Shown: in pieces, positions 14,097 through 26,444 of the stretch
How positions within the stretch are numbered: the stretch's first letter is position 1
Layout: every line of letters begins with the position of its first letter
NCBI GenBank assembly: GCA_002104905.1
Contig: MCFE01000279.1
Coordinates: 1 to 64,000 of the forward strand
DNA from: Basidiobolus meristosporus CBS 931.73
Lineage: Eukaryota > Fungi > Basidiobolomycota
DNA: 64,000 bases
Reading direction: 5' to 3'
Program-made: the position numbers and the translations under genes
Notes under the pieces: model-generated
What the model was told of the DNA's origin: nothing
Seen by the model: the letters and a program-made list of their open reading frames with translations, nothing else
Databases searched by the model: none

Positions 14097-15359
14097 ATGG
14101 TCCCCATACCAAGCCTCAACTCATCTTTAGTACAACCCAGACAAAACCCATCCCCCAGCTCACAAGCGCGGTCCGGACCAGAGAAGTCAATGTTGGATCT
14201 GTTCAAGTTCTTGCCAAATGATTTTAGTATGGCCCAAGTGTCTATGATGAGCCTTCATACAGATATTTGGGCACTACTGATTAATCTAGCAGAACTAGAT
14301 ACCTCAGAGAGTTGACAAAGATGGAAGAATTTGAGTGGAAAGCTGTGGCATGAGTTCTACATCAAGATGCCAGCCAATGTATGTAAAAAGATATATAACA
14401 AGACAAGTATTGAAATCAAGAATGAGCTGAGAGTGAGGGGATTTGACAAAGAAGCCGTGCGGGAACAATTTTGCACGCAATTTGCACAGTACAGGCCAGA
14501 CGCGTCTGTTTGTGCCTCAACTTTGGGAACCAAAGAGATTTTGAATGAGTTTTTGCCTCAAATGACTAATGCACTACATGATATATTAGTAGAGCTAAGT
14601 GGCTTCCAAGAGCAATATACGCAGGACTCATCCAGGCAACAGCTCCAAAGTATTAGACAGAGGGTAAGTGAATACCTTGAGGAATCAGATGGTGAGCTTC
14701 AGGAGGAAGAATACAGACCGTGAGCAACATCATCCAGATCGCGCCAGCATGCCTTGCTGGACTCCCTACCATCTCTTGCAACCACAGCGCGCCAGCGCAC
14801 GTCAGTCCACACCACGCCAACACCCTTTACCAGAACGCCCCACGTTGAGTCAACGTGCTTTGAGTCAATGCGCATTGGGTCAACACGCGCGCTTCAGAGC
14901 AAAACTACAAGAACTCGCCAAACTGCTCATTGAGACACAAGTCCATTGGAGCGGACCAAGTCGCGTCAACATGCAGCATCACATCAAACTCAGCCATGGG
15001 CCATCTCAACACGTCAAGGCGCACCTGCGCGTGCTGTTTTGCCTGACCATCAGCAAGTTACTTCTGGTGAACTGACTCATGATGACCAACATGAAGTGCC
15101 TCAACCACCGGAGCCCTTGGCAAGTAAAAGAACGCGTCAGCACATGGCACTACAGGCCGGTTCAGTTGGTTCAGTTGGAGCAATTCAGCGCAGCCAAGCT
15201 GCAGCATTGCACTCATCAACTAGGAGGCAAAATACTGACTACAAATACACAAGTAGCCAAGATGATAGTCAGCCAGGAAGTAGTATAGGTGTGCAAAGTG
15301 AGTCACTACCAAATGCTTCAGTAGTAATCCCTGTGAGAAAAAAACCCAGGAGAAGATGA
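14097..15359 (+). pseudogene. Second ORF of the PHIS element (putative Myb/SANT/MADF-like DNA-binding partner), 421 codons with three internal TGA
   Basis: ORF-track pieces 14097-14315, 14331-14723 and 14946-15359 share one frame, separated only by TGA at 14313, 14721 and 14931. W..L.....S.S[R]QRWKNL resembles a MADF/SANT recognition helix. C-terminal RKKPRRR is NLS-like. The domain call is inference. Confidence 0.7.
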
Positions 15360-18300
15360 TGCAATTGCTTTGAATTGCTCACATTTGTAATGATCCCAAC
15401 AACCCTTTTTTTTTGTGATCCAAATCAAGCCATTGCAAATCAGTGATCATCAAATTTTTGATATAAGTAATATCAAGGTTGTTTCACATTTGAGACAAAG
15501 CCCCTATAAATAAACACCCCGCATATATATACGTCATCTGTAATACCAGTGCAGCTATTGGATCTGTTTTGCTCCTACACAATTGCTTGTGTGCTAGCTA
15601 TGACACCTTGTCCAATCACTAGGATCAGGGATTTACTTGCTTAATGGGCAAAATGGGATATTTGATGGCAAATCAGGTAGCTTTTTCAGTAGTCAATGAG
15701 CCAATTGGGGGCTGCCAGCTTCAGGATACTTTTGGACCAATTAACCACTGAGATATCATCCAATTGGAGTCAGGGTAACCAAAATGGTAAGTATCAGTGT
15801 AGTTTATAGTGTGATACACATTTATTTCCATTTACATTAAAGAAACATATCCAAATACCGGATTTTACCTGCCATTATAGCGGTATCCAATTGTGCACGT
15901 GATGCAAACATTACAAGTTGGCGCAATCATCCGTGCCAACCTCATCGTGTCAGATTTTGCCATAGTGTGCAAGATCATCCCGCATAGTGCAAAATTGTCC
16001 AAGAACAATCCTGCCTTCTGGTAGCTATAATATTGCGCCTGATTGTTCTTTACAACCGCGCATTGCGCCGCACACCCTGGCACAGTACAATGGAACAAGT
16101 CTAATAAGTTGCTACTTAACATATCTATATTTGTCTGATATGGATCTGCTGACTCATATGCTGACTAATACTACTGATTTTGTAGATAACACTGAAATAC
16201 AGATAGGCTAAGCATGTAACAAATTGATTTGACTCAAAACTGTTCTAACTTAAACATTCAAGCGGTAGATCATAATATTATCCCCTACTAAAGTTAAAGG
16301 GGTCCTCCTGAATCTCTTTTCTGTGATACCAATATTTTGATGGCTTAGTATTGTTAGCAAGTCTTTCAAGCTTGAGTCTGTCTCTATTAACTAAATCTTC
16401 CTGGATATTCCCTTGTTTGGCCACCTGTTGGTAAGTTGCAAATAGACAATCTCTGATGATCTTGAATGATCCTGTCCATTGTGGCTCAAGCTTCTTCCAA
16501 GTGTTGTTTCTCAGCTATACCAAGTTCCCAACTGTCAATACATCTGGTGATATAGTCTTATCAAATCTCTGCTTCATCTTTTTTGTACTTTGAGATACTA
16601 TGGCCTGTGCCCCTTGATGTCCTTGTTCCAGCTGCTGGTGTCTACTTGGCTGACTGAGCTCATCTTCTAAGGTGTCTGTAAGCTTTGGTTGTGTGAGATC
16701 TTCTGGAATCCTTGGTTTACATCCATACACTAAGTAAAATGGCAATTATTTGGTGGTGATGTGTACTCTAGCTCTGCATGTAAAAAGTGCTTGGTCTATA
16801 TACTCATCCCATCTACTGACAGCTCTGTTTGCATACTTGGTCAGCATTTTTCTAAATAATCCTATAAGCTGCTCAGTGACTCCATGAGTCTTAGGGTGCT
16901 ATGCCTAGGTTATCAAGTGTTTGATCTACTGCATTTCCAGGTAAGCTTCCAATGTCTTTGCCATAAAGTTTGCTCCCCTATTGGATAAAATCTCCACAGG
17001 GCATCCAAACTTTATAAGGCTCTCATGGTAGATGAAACTTGCAACTTCTTGTTCACTGGCTACAGGTTCAGCTTTAGCCACTGGCCATTTAGTGGCATGG
17101 TCAATTGCTACTAGGATCCAATGGTTGCATTTCCTGGTGGTTGCCAGTCTTCCAATAAAGTCAACTCCCCTTCTTTCAAGCAGTCTTAAAGGCTCCAAGG
17201 GAGAGAGTTTGGCAACTCTCTGTGGTTGGCCTTGGTTGATTTGGCAATATGGACATGCTCTCATGAGCTTCTCAATGTCTTGTTTCATTCTTGGCTACCA
17301 TGCTCTGGCTTTCACAAGGCTATATGTTCCTTCAATTCCAAGATGTCCATATCCTTTGTGTAGCTTATGTATTAAATGCAGGCAAGCAACATAAGGGCAA
17401 TGGGCAATAGGGCTTCCACCAATAATTGGATTGAGTGTTTCATCCTGTACCACAAATTTGCTGGCTTCACCCTGGATTATCTTCTTGATCTCTTCATCCA
17501 CCTCATTAGGAATGGCTTTATCATCTAAGTACTTTGGCAATAAGCTAAGCCAATCTAATTCATGCACCATGCTGAGTTGTGCAACTTGTTCTAATCTTAA
17601 TAAGGCATCAGCAACCGTGTTGTTTTTCCCAGGGTAGTGGACAAACCCCAAATCAAATTGCTGAATATATTCACTCCATCTGGTCATTCTTCAGGAGAGT
17701 ACCTTCTGAGTAAGTATGTACCTGAGTGAGGCATGATCAGTCTTGACAGTGCACTTACACCTTCAACATAGCATCTCCAGGTCTTCAAGCAGTGTATTAT
17801 GGAAAGCAATTGCATCTCATGCACTGGATAGTTTTGTTCTACTGCGTTCAGCTTCTTGGATTCAAAGGCAACTGGGTAGTCCTTTCCCTTGTGTTCTTGG
17901 CTCAACACTCCTCCAATTGTATAATCTGAAGCATCTGTGCACAGAGTAAACTCTTTTCTGAAGTCAAGTATTCTTAAGCTTGGCAGCTTAGCAAGTTCAT
18001 TGTTGAGTATCTGGAAGGCAGTCTGATATATCCTTGCTCCAGTAACTGATCTATTTGTCTCTTCATCTCTTCCAACTCCAATGGACTCATTCTGTAAGGT
18101 TTCTTTCTCACTGGAGGGCTGTCTCCTGTTTCAATGATATGATTGACATCTCTGACTGGTGGTAGGCTTGCAAGCTCATCTGGAAATACATCTGAATATT
18201 CCTTCAAAAAAGTCTTGACCTTCTGGGGTGCTGGAGTTGAGGAATCCTCCTGTAATACTGCCATTAGGGACATCTGGATGCCTTTTCTAAGTGCTCTACA

Positions 18301-19738
18301 GAACTGTATCTTGCTAAGTTCACTTGTTCCACACATACTGGAATTGTCCAAGTTGAAATCCAGTCAGGCAGGTAATAGCTCATAGGTCTTGTTGTCCTTC
18401 TGGATCTGAGTAGCATGGGTTCTCCAGCCAATTGATGGATTATAACAAAATAGCCAGGTTTTTCCAAGTACAAGGTTAAACTTGCAGTTCCCAAATATAT
18501 AGGCCTGTAGGTCTTCTTTGTAGTCATTGATCTTCATCCTTACTGGCTGAGTAGTACAGTTGATTATGTCAAAGCTTGCATGAGCTGTTGAGACTGAAGC
18601 TGATTTGGTGGGTTCCAAAGTGATTCCAGCTCTCAATGCAAATTGCTTGACATGTACTCATGCAATGCTCCTGAGTCAATCATGATCTTGGCAGGTACTG
18701 CATTGTTACTCCACCAAGTATAATAGCTTTCCTGAGTTAGAGGTCATCTGGGATGGGTATTCTTCTGCCATGTGGAAGGGGAGCTCTGAGTCTTTGTCAA
18801 GTTCATCCTCCATGTTACTATGCTCAAGGGCTTTATTCTGGCTGAAGGTTCTTGATGACTGGTGTCCATTTCCCCTCTGAGGGCAGTACTTTGTAATATG
18901 TTGCTGCTGGTGGCAATTAAAGCTATGTCCTTTCTTCTTATGTTCTTATGAGGTTGGATTCTTCTGTATAATGTCTAGTTTCACTGGCACTGCTTCTGAT
19001 TGTCTTCTTTCATAATGATTGCAGCCTGTCTGATTAGTCATTGTGGCCTTCCCAACTCCAAGTATAGCTGAGTGATAGTCAATGCAATCTTGATGGCTTC
19101 TTCAATAGTCTGAGTTCTTTGGTAATGCACTTCCTTACCAGTTCTTTCTTTTAACTCATGAATAAAGTAATCCACTTGCTACAGGGGTCCATTCTTTCAA
19201 TTTGTCCAAGTAGACATCTATGTTCATAGATGTACTCTTGAACCATTTCTTTCTGTCTGGGTGTCATCAACTTTCTTCTTAGTAGTGTCTGCTGGTGCAA
19301 AGGTTCAAAAGCATCCTGAATATCCAACACAAACTCATCCCAGGTGGAGATTGTAGAGCATCCCATCATGGTGGCTGACCTGGTCTTGTTGTGGTACCAT
19401 TGTAGAGTTGCATCTGCCAGGTAAGAGGCTGTATAATGTAACTTGCTTTCTGGAGCAATTCCCTTAGCCTTGAATGCTTCTTCAATCTGGAAGAGCCAAG
19501 TTCCCAGGTTTTCATTGACTCTACCATGATACCAGTTGACCTTTGTACTAAAGTTGCTCTTGACAGGGTTTTGCTGGTTCTCCACCATGGTAGTTATTCC
19601 ATGTTGCTGCTGGCTAAGCATCTGGAGTAACTGTTGCCATTGGGCCAGTATTTGCTGCATGGCATTCTTCCATTCTGGATTCTGTGACATATTAGGGGAG
19701 GCTTCTTCTGTCTTCAGCAGGGAGGTTTCTGGTTACTG

Positions 19739-19747
19739 CTGCTACCA
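19739..19747 (-). promoter_or_regulatory. Primer-binding site of Gypsy copy B (TGGTAGCAG), complementary to the 3' end of initiator tRNA-Met
   Basis: Lies 1 nt inside the 5' LTR end (...TTGAAACA t TGGTAGCAG) and matches the ...CTGCTACCA end typical of eukaryotic tRNA-iMet. Confidence 0.7.
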
Positions 19748-19748
19748 A

Positions 19749-20116
19749 TGTTTCAAGTCTTGATATAAGTGTTGTAGAGGAATAGAGAGTTTAACTAGAA
19801 TTGTATTCACTAAAACTTAAACTGATTTTTATTGAGGTTTCAGCAGCTCCATATATACATATTGCCAGATCAATTGCTGACTGAATGTATCCCCCAATGT
19901 GGGTTGTGGCTGATGACTCATTTGCTTGCATCATCATTGCCCAATAAGATCCTACTTAATATATTTACATCCATCTGATATGGATCTGCTAATTTGTATG
20001 CTGACTAATACTACTGACTTGATAGATAACACTGATATACTGATAGGCTAAGCGTACAGCAAATTGATTTGACTAAAACCAATTTAACATAAACATTCAA
20101 GCAGTAGACCATAACA
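19749..20116 (-). repeat. 5' LTR of Gypsy copy B (368 bp)
   Basis: TG...CA, homologous to 4040-4405, flanked by the PBS and the TSD. Confidence 0.88.
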
Positions 20117-20429
20117 CAAGCACTTACCAAACAAGCTGGCATTCCATTGCCACCTGTTTGGAGCTTTCAACCAGGCTTGTGGTGTGCACCTGAGAAAGCA
20201 TTGGGTTTTGATTACTGTCAAGTCCTTCACTAGCACTATGACTGAGTGCTTCTTGTATAGAATTACACTTTCTCCTTGATGAATGCTGCATAGATACATC
20301 TGTTTCTGCCTGCTTGTCCCTTGCCAGCACTCTCATGGCAACATAACATTTCTTTACTGCTTGTTTGAGCTTTCAGCCCTGTTGGTGACAAGCTCTTAAT
20401 GAAGCTGCAGGTTTGATCACTGACAGGTT

Positions 20430-20932
20430 TGTGGAACTACCATAGTAGTAGTGGGTAAGCAAATAATTGGGGTGATTCTGCAAATGAAGGCATCAATGGG
20501 GCAAGGGGAGGTAGCAAAACAAAATACCATTTGGTAAATTGGTATAGTAGCATTGCACAGAACTAGCTGTAGGCTACCACACTGTTGTTGTAATACCATC
20601 ACAGGTCTGCTGATAGGCTGTCAAAGCACCAACAAGTTTTACCATATAAGGCACTTGGATTTATTGCTAAGCTAGGTCCACTAAAACAACTGTTGAACAC
20701 TCTAGGACTGTCCAAATGTTATGCAATACTTGTCAAAGGTCTCTCTAAAAACTGGCATGTTTTTAGCTTTATTTGGCAGTAAAAACAGTAAAATGTCATC
20801 ACATTATCATCATAAGAATGTGTTGAGGGTCAATGATTCCAAGCTGCTAGCATTATGACAGCCTCATTGCAGGATGCAGTTGGCAAATCCAGATTAGATG
20901 CACCTGCAGGATCAGCATATTCTTCATTGGGG
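20430..20932. mobile_element. Transposase-side terminal segment of CACTA-like family
   Basis: Colinear with 43130-43596 and 48610-49103. Ends ttcttcattgggg (degenerate terminus). Confidence 0.6.
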
Positions 20933-21139
20933 AGAGGTAGCCAGACCTTGATTCCTTGTACATCAACAGGGAATTTGTGCACTACACTGCAAAGTGGACT
21001 AGATCCCAAGTTTGCATTAGTCATGTTCCACTCAATATCTCAGTCAAGAGGTAGTAGTTCTTTGCCTTGGAGTGACTTCTAGAGGTCTAGTGGTATTACA
21101 AATATTCCTGAACCACTGTTGCTATGGCAGTCAACAGGG

Positions 21140-22350
21140 TCATCAAATGTATCCTTTCACCACTGTGGTTGCCACTGAGTAAAAGGTCTTATATTCAGTA
21201 CCATCATCATTGTTCTGGTAGTCTTCATGGCTTGTCTGAGTAATATGAGTGTCCATATGTCCAGCTGCCTGACATCTTTTTCTAAGTTGCTCATTAAAGA
21301 TCCTCCTAACAGATGTGGACACACTCATGATCTCTCAAGCCAACAAAGTGAGTTTCTGCTTCAGCAGCTTCTCAGTAATTAGTTGAGGGCTTAGGTAGCT
21401 TGCTATCTCTGAGGTCATCTAATGGTGAGGCAAAGGGTCTAGAGTGTACAGTGTACCAGGCCTCTTGTTGATGACTATTTCAGGCTCTTCAAATTGTTGT
21501 CTTCTATGGTTGGGCTTGACAGGTTATTCAGTAAGGTGTCTTTTGATGCAAAAGGTGTCAACTTTGTACTGTCTATTATCAAGGCTACTAGGACTCACTT
21601 TTTGAGCTCCAATATAGATATCAATAGTAATCTTGCTGATAGAGGAGTCAGAATCCTGGAATATGGCTCTCATCCCTGCTGTTAAGAAATTGGGAGGGAT
21701 CCCACATTCTTCCTTGTCTTCAAGTATTCCATCAGCATCAAACTGCACAGCTCCATCTCTAAGTAGTTGAATAAGCTCCATAAGCACTCCTGGGCTCTTT
21801 GTTCAGTTAGCATGGCAGATTCAACTTTCAAAGTCTCATAAAGGTGGAAGTCTGTTTTGCCTCTTGGAAAACATGTTTCATCTCTGCAAAGCATGGAATG
21901 CCAAACATGTCACCCTTGGATGAATGTAGGTAAACTTTCATTAGCAATTCCTGGGGGATCCTTGGGCAAGGTAAAGTGTCATGGCAAATCACATATAGCT
22001 TGGGACTCTAGGAGTATCTTGGCCATGTCTTCATCCTGCTCAATGAACACCTCATAAGATAGCTTGGAAAGTCTAGTCCTTCCAAAGAGTCTTGGGTCTT
22101 CAATTCCATAGTACATTTGACATCCACCATACTTGTCTAGCCGATTGGTCTTCATTATGGTCCATTCAGTGAGGATATCTCCTTGTCTGAGAAGCTTGCT
22201 GGTGATATCACTGGTGCAGCAGTAGGGGAAGCTGTCAGCCATTTCTTGTGCAAAGACACTGCACATCTTGCAGAGCTTCTCTCACTTGAAAATGAAGCTT
22301 TCTATATTCTTTCCATCAAACTGTGGATTTCATGTGAGAGTGGTATTCAT
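21140..22350 (-). pseudogene. Decayed gag-like ORF, probably from a second Ty3/Gypsy family
   Basis: The minus frame begins ..PQFDGKNIESFIFK*EKLC..EM....PYC..DI...L......W..MK...LDKYG, resembling fungal Gypsy gag N-termini. CpG-depleted with many stops. No pol seen. Confidence 0.45.
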
Positions 22351-25300
22351 GCAATATCAGCTTTAGAGCATAAACTATGAAATGATAACACATTCAATAT
22401 ATGATAGGTGTTAGCCAATCAATATGATAAAGTAAAAGTTAAATATTTCAAGCTGCCGCAGCAGTGTGGCTTCCAACACTTGAAATACCAAGAACATAAA
22501 ACTCAGAGATAAATTTGGTGAAGAGATACAACACCTTATGCCGTAAATAGCTAGATAATGCAGTATATTTATAAGCAGCTAAGAGTTGCATTGGGTGTGC
22601 AAAATGGTATTAAGTACTAGTATGGAGGTATTGTCAGCCACTTCTTGATTCAACATACTTACCTAAATATGTGCAATTGTATATCAGCATCACAAGTGCC
22701 AAGTGAAAGATACTATAGAAGGGCACTTCAAGATGATGAGCAGAATTTGTGCTTGCTTGGACAAGTTCAAAGCTGCCTTAACCTCCAGTACCTTGTGATT
22801 TTGGTGAGCATTAGTCAAAATCTATCATGTGTAGAAATCAGAGTGAGATTGTAACTTTTACTACCTCTACCTATACTTTGATGACTTTTCCATTGATAAA
22901 CAATTATGCTTTTGAAAGAGCTTTAAGAACTGCATTGAAGCTAGGAGCCATTCAGAACAGCATGACTATCTTTAAGCCCGCTGCAAGTAAGTAAAAAGTG
23001 GTAGTATTTGATGGCAATTCATAATAGCTGATTTGCTCTTTCAGTATCCTGAGTGAAAGAGAAGCAGCTCGATGATTACTATATTTAATGAAGAAATATG
23101 CCAAATAACGCGAAACTAATAGTGTGAAATGTAGGTAGTCTTGGCTAAAACGTATAATCAAGCAAAGTTTGTACGCAGATGGGATCGTGATGGACCAAAA
23201 TTCAAAAACCTGGTATCCGCAGGTATTAAAGGGGACTAGACTATTAGTATCAATACTGCCAGTGGAGTATTTTGGAGTGGTATGGATCGTAACGTACTGT
23301 ATGGCCCTTGTATTACGGAAAACACTAGCCGAAATACTTGAAGTTCACTTTCCTTCATGACAACGTGCTATTGTCAGTTGATATCATTTCAAGTCCTCAT
23401 TGTGAATATGATAACTACACTGTCACGATTCATTCATTTCTATCACTGGCTGAATATAGCCAGAAGGAAGCTAGGGCCAAAATTGCAAAACAGCGGTCGG
23501 AATATGGTCTGGTGACCAATAAACTACTAATGGTGCCTCAGGTGATGTTCACACTATTTTTAGTCTGTGTTATATGCTGTATTTATATTTTGTGCGGTCA
23601 AACTTGCAGGTGAGTATACAGTTCTACACACAGAGTGATTCATAAACCTAATTAGTATCTATTTCGAGTGGTCTTTGCTACGGACAAGACAGTTGATTCA
23701 GATTACCTTGCTCTAATCACTATTATAGTAACCTCCTCCACGTAATAAGCAATCCACCCTACGTACCTTGGGACATAAGACAAGTACTGCACCGGATGCT
23801 TGTGTAATTTCCTTGTCAAATGTTTAATTACCATGAATCAAGTGCCTCGCAAGCGGTATAAAGAACCTGCCAACGCTGGCATTCATAGAAGTCCCACCCT
23901 TTGATATTGATCCTTATCTCAAGGCTACAAGCCTTATTGTGAAATTTTGGCAACTTCCGTTGTTCCTGCGGATCAACAGTTTGGAAGTTATGATAGATCT
24001 ATTTTAATTCGAATCTGTCCAGACTTTGTCCGGAGATTTTGGTGCAATCGCTTCACGCATGGACACAAAGGGATAGACCTAAAACCCATGGGTGCAGAGT
24101 GCACCTCGAAGACCTATTGGCTGGCCCTGGCAAACCCTAATCACCATGCCGTTTCACCTGGCTCTTCTTAGAATATCCTGGGCTACCGTCAGCAGCTTAG
24201 CTTCACCACACATCCAGCCTTACAGTACCAGGATGGCACAAATGGCTATATGCGAGTACGACAGCGAAGCTTGTCCACTCGGTAGTGTAGGCGGTAGCAC
24301 AAGAACGCCTGGTTAGCAAATTGCCGGAAGACGGATTTTAGCATTCAAGCTCCATCATAAATCAGGTTAAGCTAATCGGAAGATGCAAATGAAATTCCAC
24401 ACAGCAATCCCTTGCAGGCGAGGACCAAATGAAACACTTGCTGAAGGCTATATGTGGATCAGCCTATACGGGAATACGTTCCCTCCAACATCGGATCTGA
24501 GCTAAAACGCCCGATCGGCAAGCGCCTATGACTAATCTATTCCAATCGGTAACTTTGTGCTTTACCAGGATTCCCCAATCAATCTGCGATGAATATGGGT
24601 ATATGAGACCACAAAAGGAGAACAAAAGTCAGATTGCTTACGATCGATATAAACTACCTATAATAAGCCAGAATCACCTCCGATTGACTGGAATGCAAAA
24701 TTGGTTACCATGCTGAGGACACAACAGAATACATCGAAATGGAACCAGATACTCCGTCTATTCCTCATGCTACGCAGAGAGATCCAGACTGAGGTGGCAG
24801 CACCTCAGAAGTTAGGAATACCTGGGTGGAACGCCCGTCCCACGTTCACTCTAGCAACCATATCCTGTCCAAACCTTGAATACTCTGTATTACTGAGATA
24901 CGGGAGAGGCCGACTCCAATCATTGAAGCTGCTAATTGGCGTAAGGAATAGACTTTTGTAAACTATGAAGGCTCCACGACGGAGCAATTTGGGCATTCAC
25001 ATGCATCCCAGAGATATCGAGTCACCGCCATTTCATCTTGTGCTCCTTCCCGTCCCCTGTCATGTCCAAGCATGCAAGATTGCGATTTCCCCAGCATTGT
25101 TGAAGAGACACTGCCAGTATATTTCTCAACCTCGATCATTAAGCCTCTTGTGTACCTGCAATATTCTTCCTTTTTGAATCTCATAGCTCTCGGCCAATCA
25201 CTACGCCTGATCGAATCAATAGGATAGCGATGTGCATGCGTAGGGCATTTGGCTCGAGAAGATTTCTTTGGGCTGTTTTCGAATAATCATCCTGCCATCA

Positions 25301-26444
25301 CTGCCAAAATTCTTAGCCAACAGTACCAAGTGCCACATGAGATGCAATTATGGAAAAGCAGCCATTCTGCAACGTTGAATGATAATCACGCAGATACCAT
25401 ATCCACCCATCAGCTAAATATTGGCAATCCGAATATGGCTATAATGACAGTAGCGCTCGCCAATCAGAGTGAATCGAGTAAGTTTTTGCAGCTGGCAACG
25501 CATTGATTTCTGTCGGGAAAACTATGGGACTCTTGAGGCTGGTTAGCTTTAACGAAATCCTTCCTGCATAATTGTCGAAATTTTCGCCGGCCACTCAGAT
25601 ACCTTGTTGCTCAGCGGGATGGTTTGTATGGCACCTAACATGGGCGATGGGAAGCCTAATAGCCGTTGCCTTACCAGCGCCAGCAACGCGTCGGTCATGA
25701 CCACCCAGCTCCCCACAGCTACTCGGTGACTACTGCGATGACTGGTCTATACTTACAGCTGCGCGTATTGCCAGTGTACACAAGGCGGGTTTATCCCCAT
25801 TTATTAATACAGAAATTCTTGTTTGTTAACTGGGATTAAAATTACACATTCGCAAGCATGAGTAATGCATGTTTTAAAGCGGAATTTCTCCGAAACATTC
25901 TAATATCAAGTGTAGCTGCCATGCGGCTCCGTAATTCGTGATGGGCCATCACCATCAGCTGACCCGAACATCAGATTATCATAATATATATATTGTCCGC
26001 ATAATCTAGGAGCAATCGACGGATACCGGACCATATGGGGAACATTGAAATTCATGTTCGTTGCTAAGCCACTAGCACATTGTGCTGCTTCGAGTGGGGA
26101 TCACCAACAATCTAGATGTTTCCCGGTCGGGACAGGAAATTTTCGGAATTTCGTTTTATTCTCAATTGATTTATTCAAGTGTGTGTACAAATTAGGATAG
26201 TGTCACGACTACCAAAATTTTCGAAAAACTGTCTGCGTTGAACCAATAGTGATGATATATAGCTGTTATGGCGGAGACAGGCGGCGAACTGTAGCCGAAC
26301 TGGTACGTTCGTACGGGGTAGTCATAATGTGGATTTAAAAATAGACGGCGAATGGGTACTGGCACTAAATATTATCGATGCTGAAAAATAAGTCTAGATG
26401 AAGGGTTGGTAATAAACAATCTTCCAGTTACTGAAGTTTGATCA

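Larger units (their letters stand above)
12670..16102. mobile_element. PIF/Harbinger (PHIS-superfamily) DNA transposon, 3433 bp, two divergent ORFs
   Basis: TIRs AGACTTGTTCC(G/A)TTG at both ends. 3-bp TSD AAT at 12667-12669 and 16103-16105; removing the element restores the LTR sequence cccAATaag seen at ~19933. Carries a DDE_Tnp_4-like transposase plus a second ORF. Confidence 0.92.
12473..20116 (-). mobile_element. Ty3/Gypsy copy B with both LTRs and TSD; gag-protease-RNaseH-integrase present, RT core deleted
   Basis: 4-bp TSD CAAG at 12469-12472 and 20117-20120. 5' LTR at 19749-20116; 3' LTR at 12473-16277, interrupted by the PHIS element. Gag (YHGRVNENLGTWLFQIEEAF, A.LQWYH), RNaseH (PVAFESKKLN.VEQNYPVHE), integrase (H..YGHLGIE, GVDFIG). 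PPT at 16278-16290. Confidence 0.92.
11578..20430 (-). mobile_element. CACTA-like copy (accessory-ORF side only: 11578-12472 and 20117-~20430), split by Gypsy copy B
   Basis: Terminus ccctatgagaaa at 11578. The sequence on both sides of the Gypsy insertion joins into the repeat unit seen at 36.5-36.8 kb. Confidence 0.7.

Noticed and set aside
14097-15359. Three in-frame TGAs read as selenocysteine or UGA recoding
   Set aside because: All three fit CGA>TGA in a CpG-decaying repeat, the ORF itself ends in TGA, the positions are not redox motifs, and no SECIS was identified.
16278-16520. Chromodomain after the Gypsy integrase
   Set aside because: No Y.VE.I / YLVKWKG-like motif is visible in either copy.
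19749-19775. Tf1-type self-priming suggested by an apparent gap between the LTR and TGG
   Set aside because: Alignment with the other LTRs shows the LTR extends to 19749, putting a tRNA-iMet-type PBS 1 nt away.
22400-22900. LTR belonging to the gag-like fragment at 21.1-22.35 kb
   Set aside because: The position fits, but there is no second copy, clear PBS or defined end in the window.
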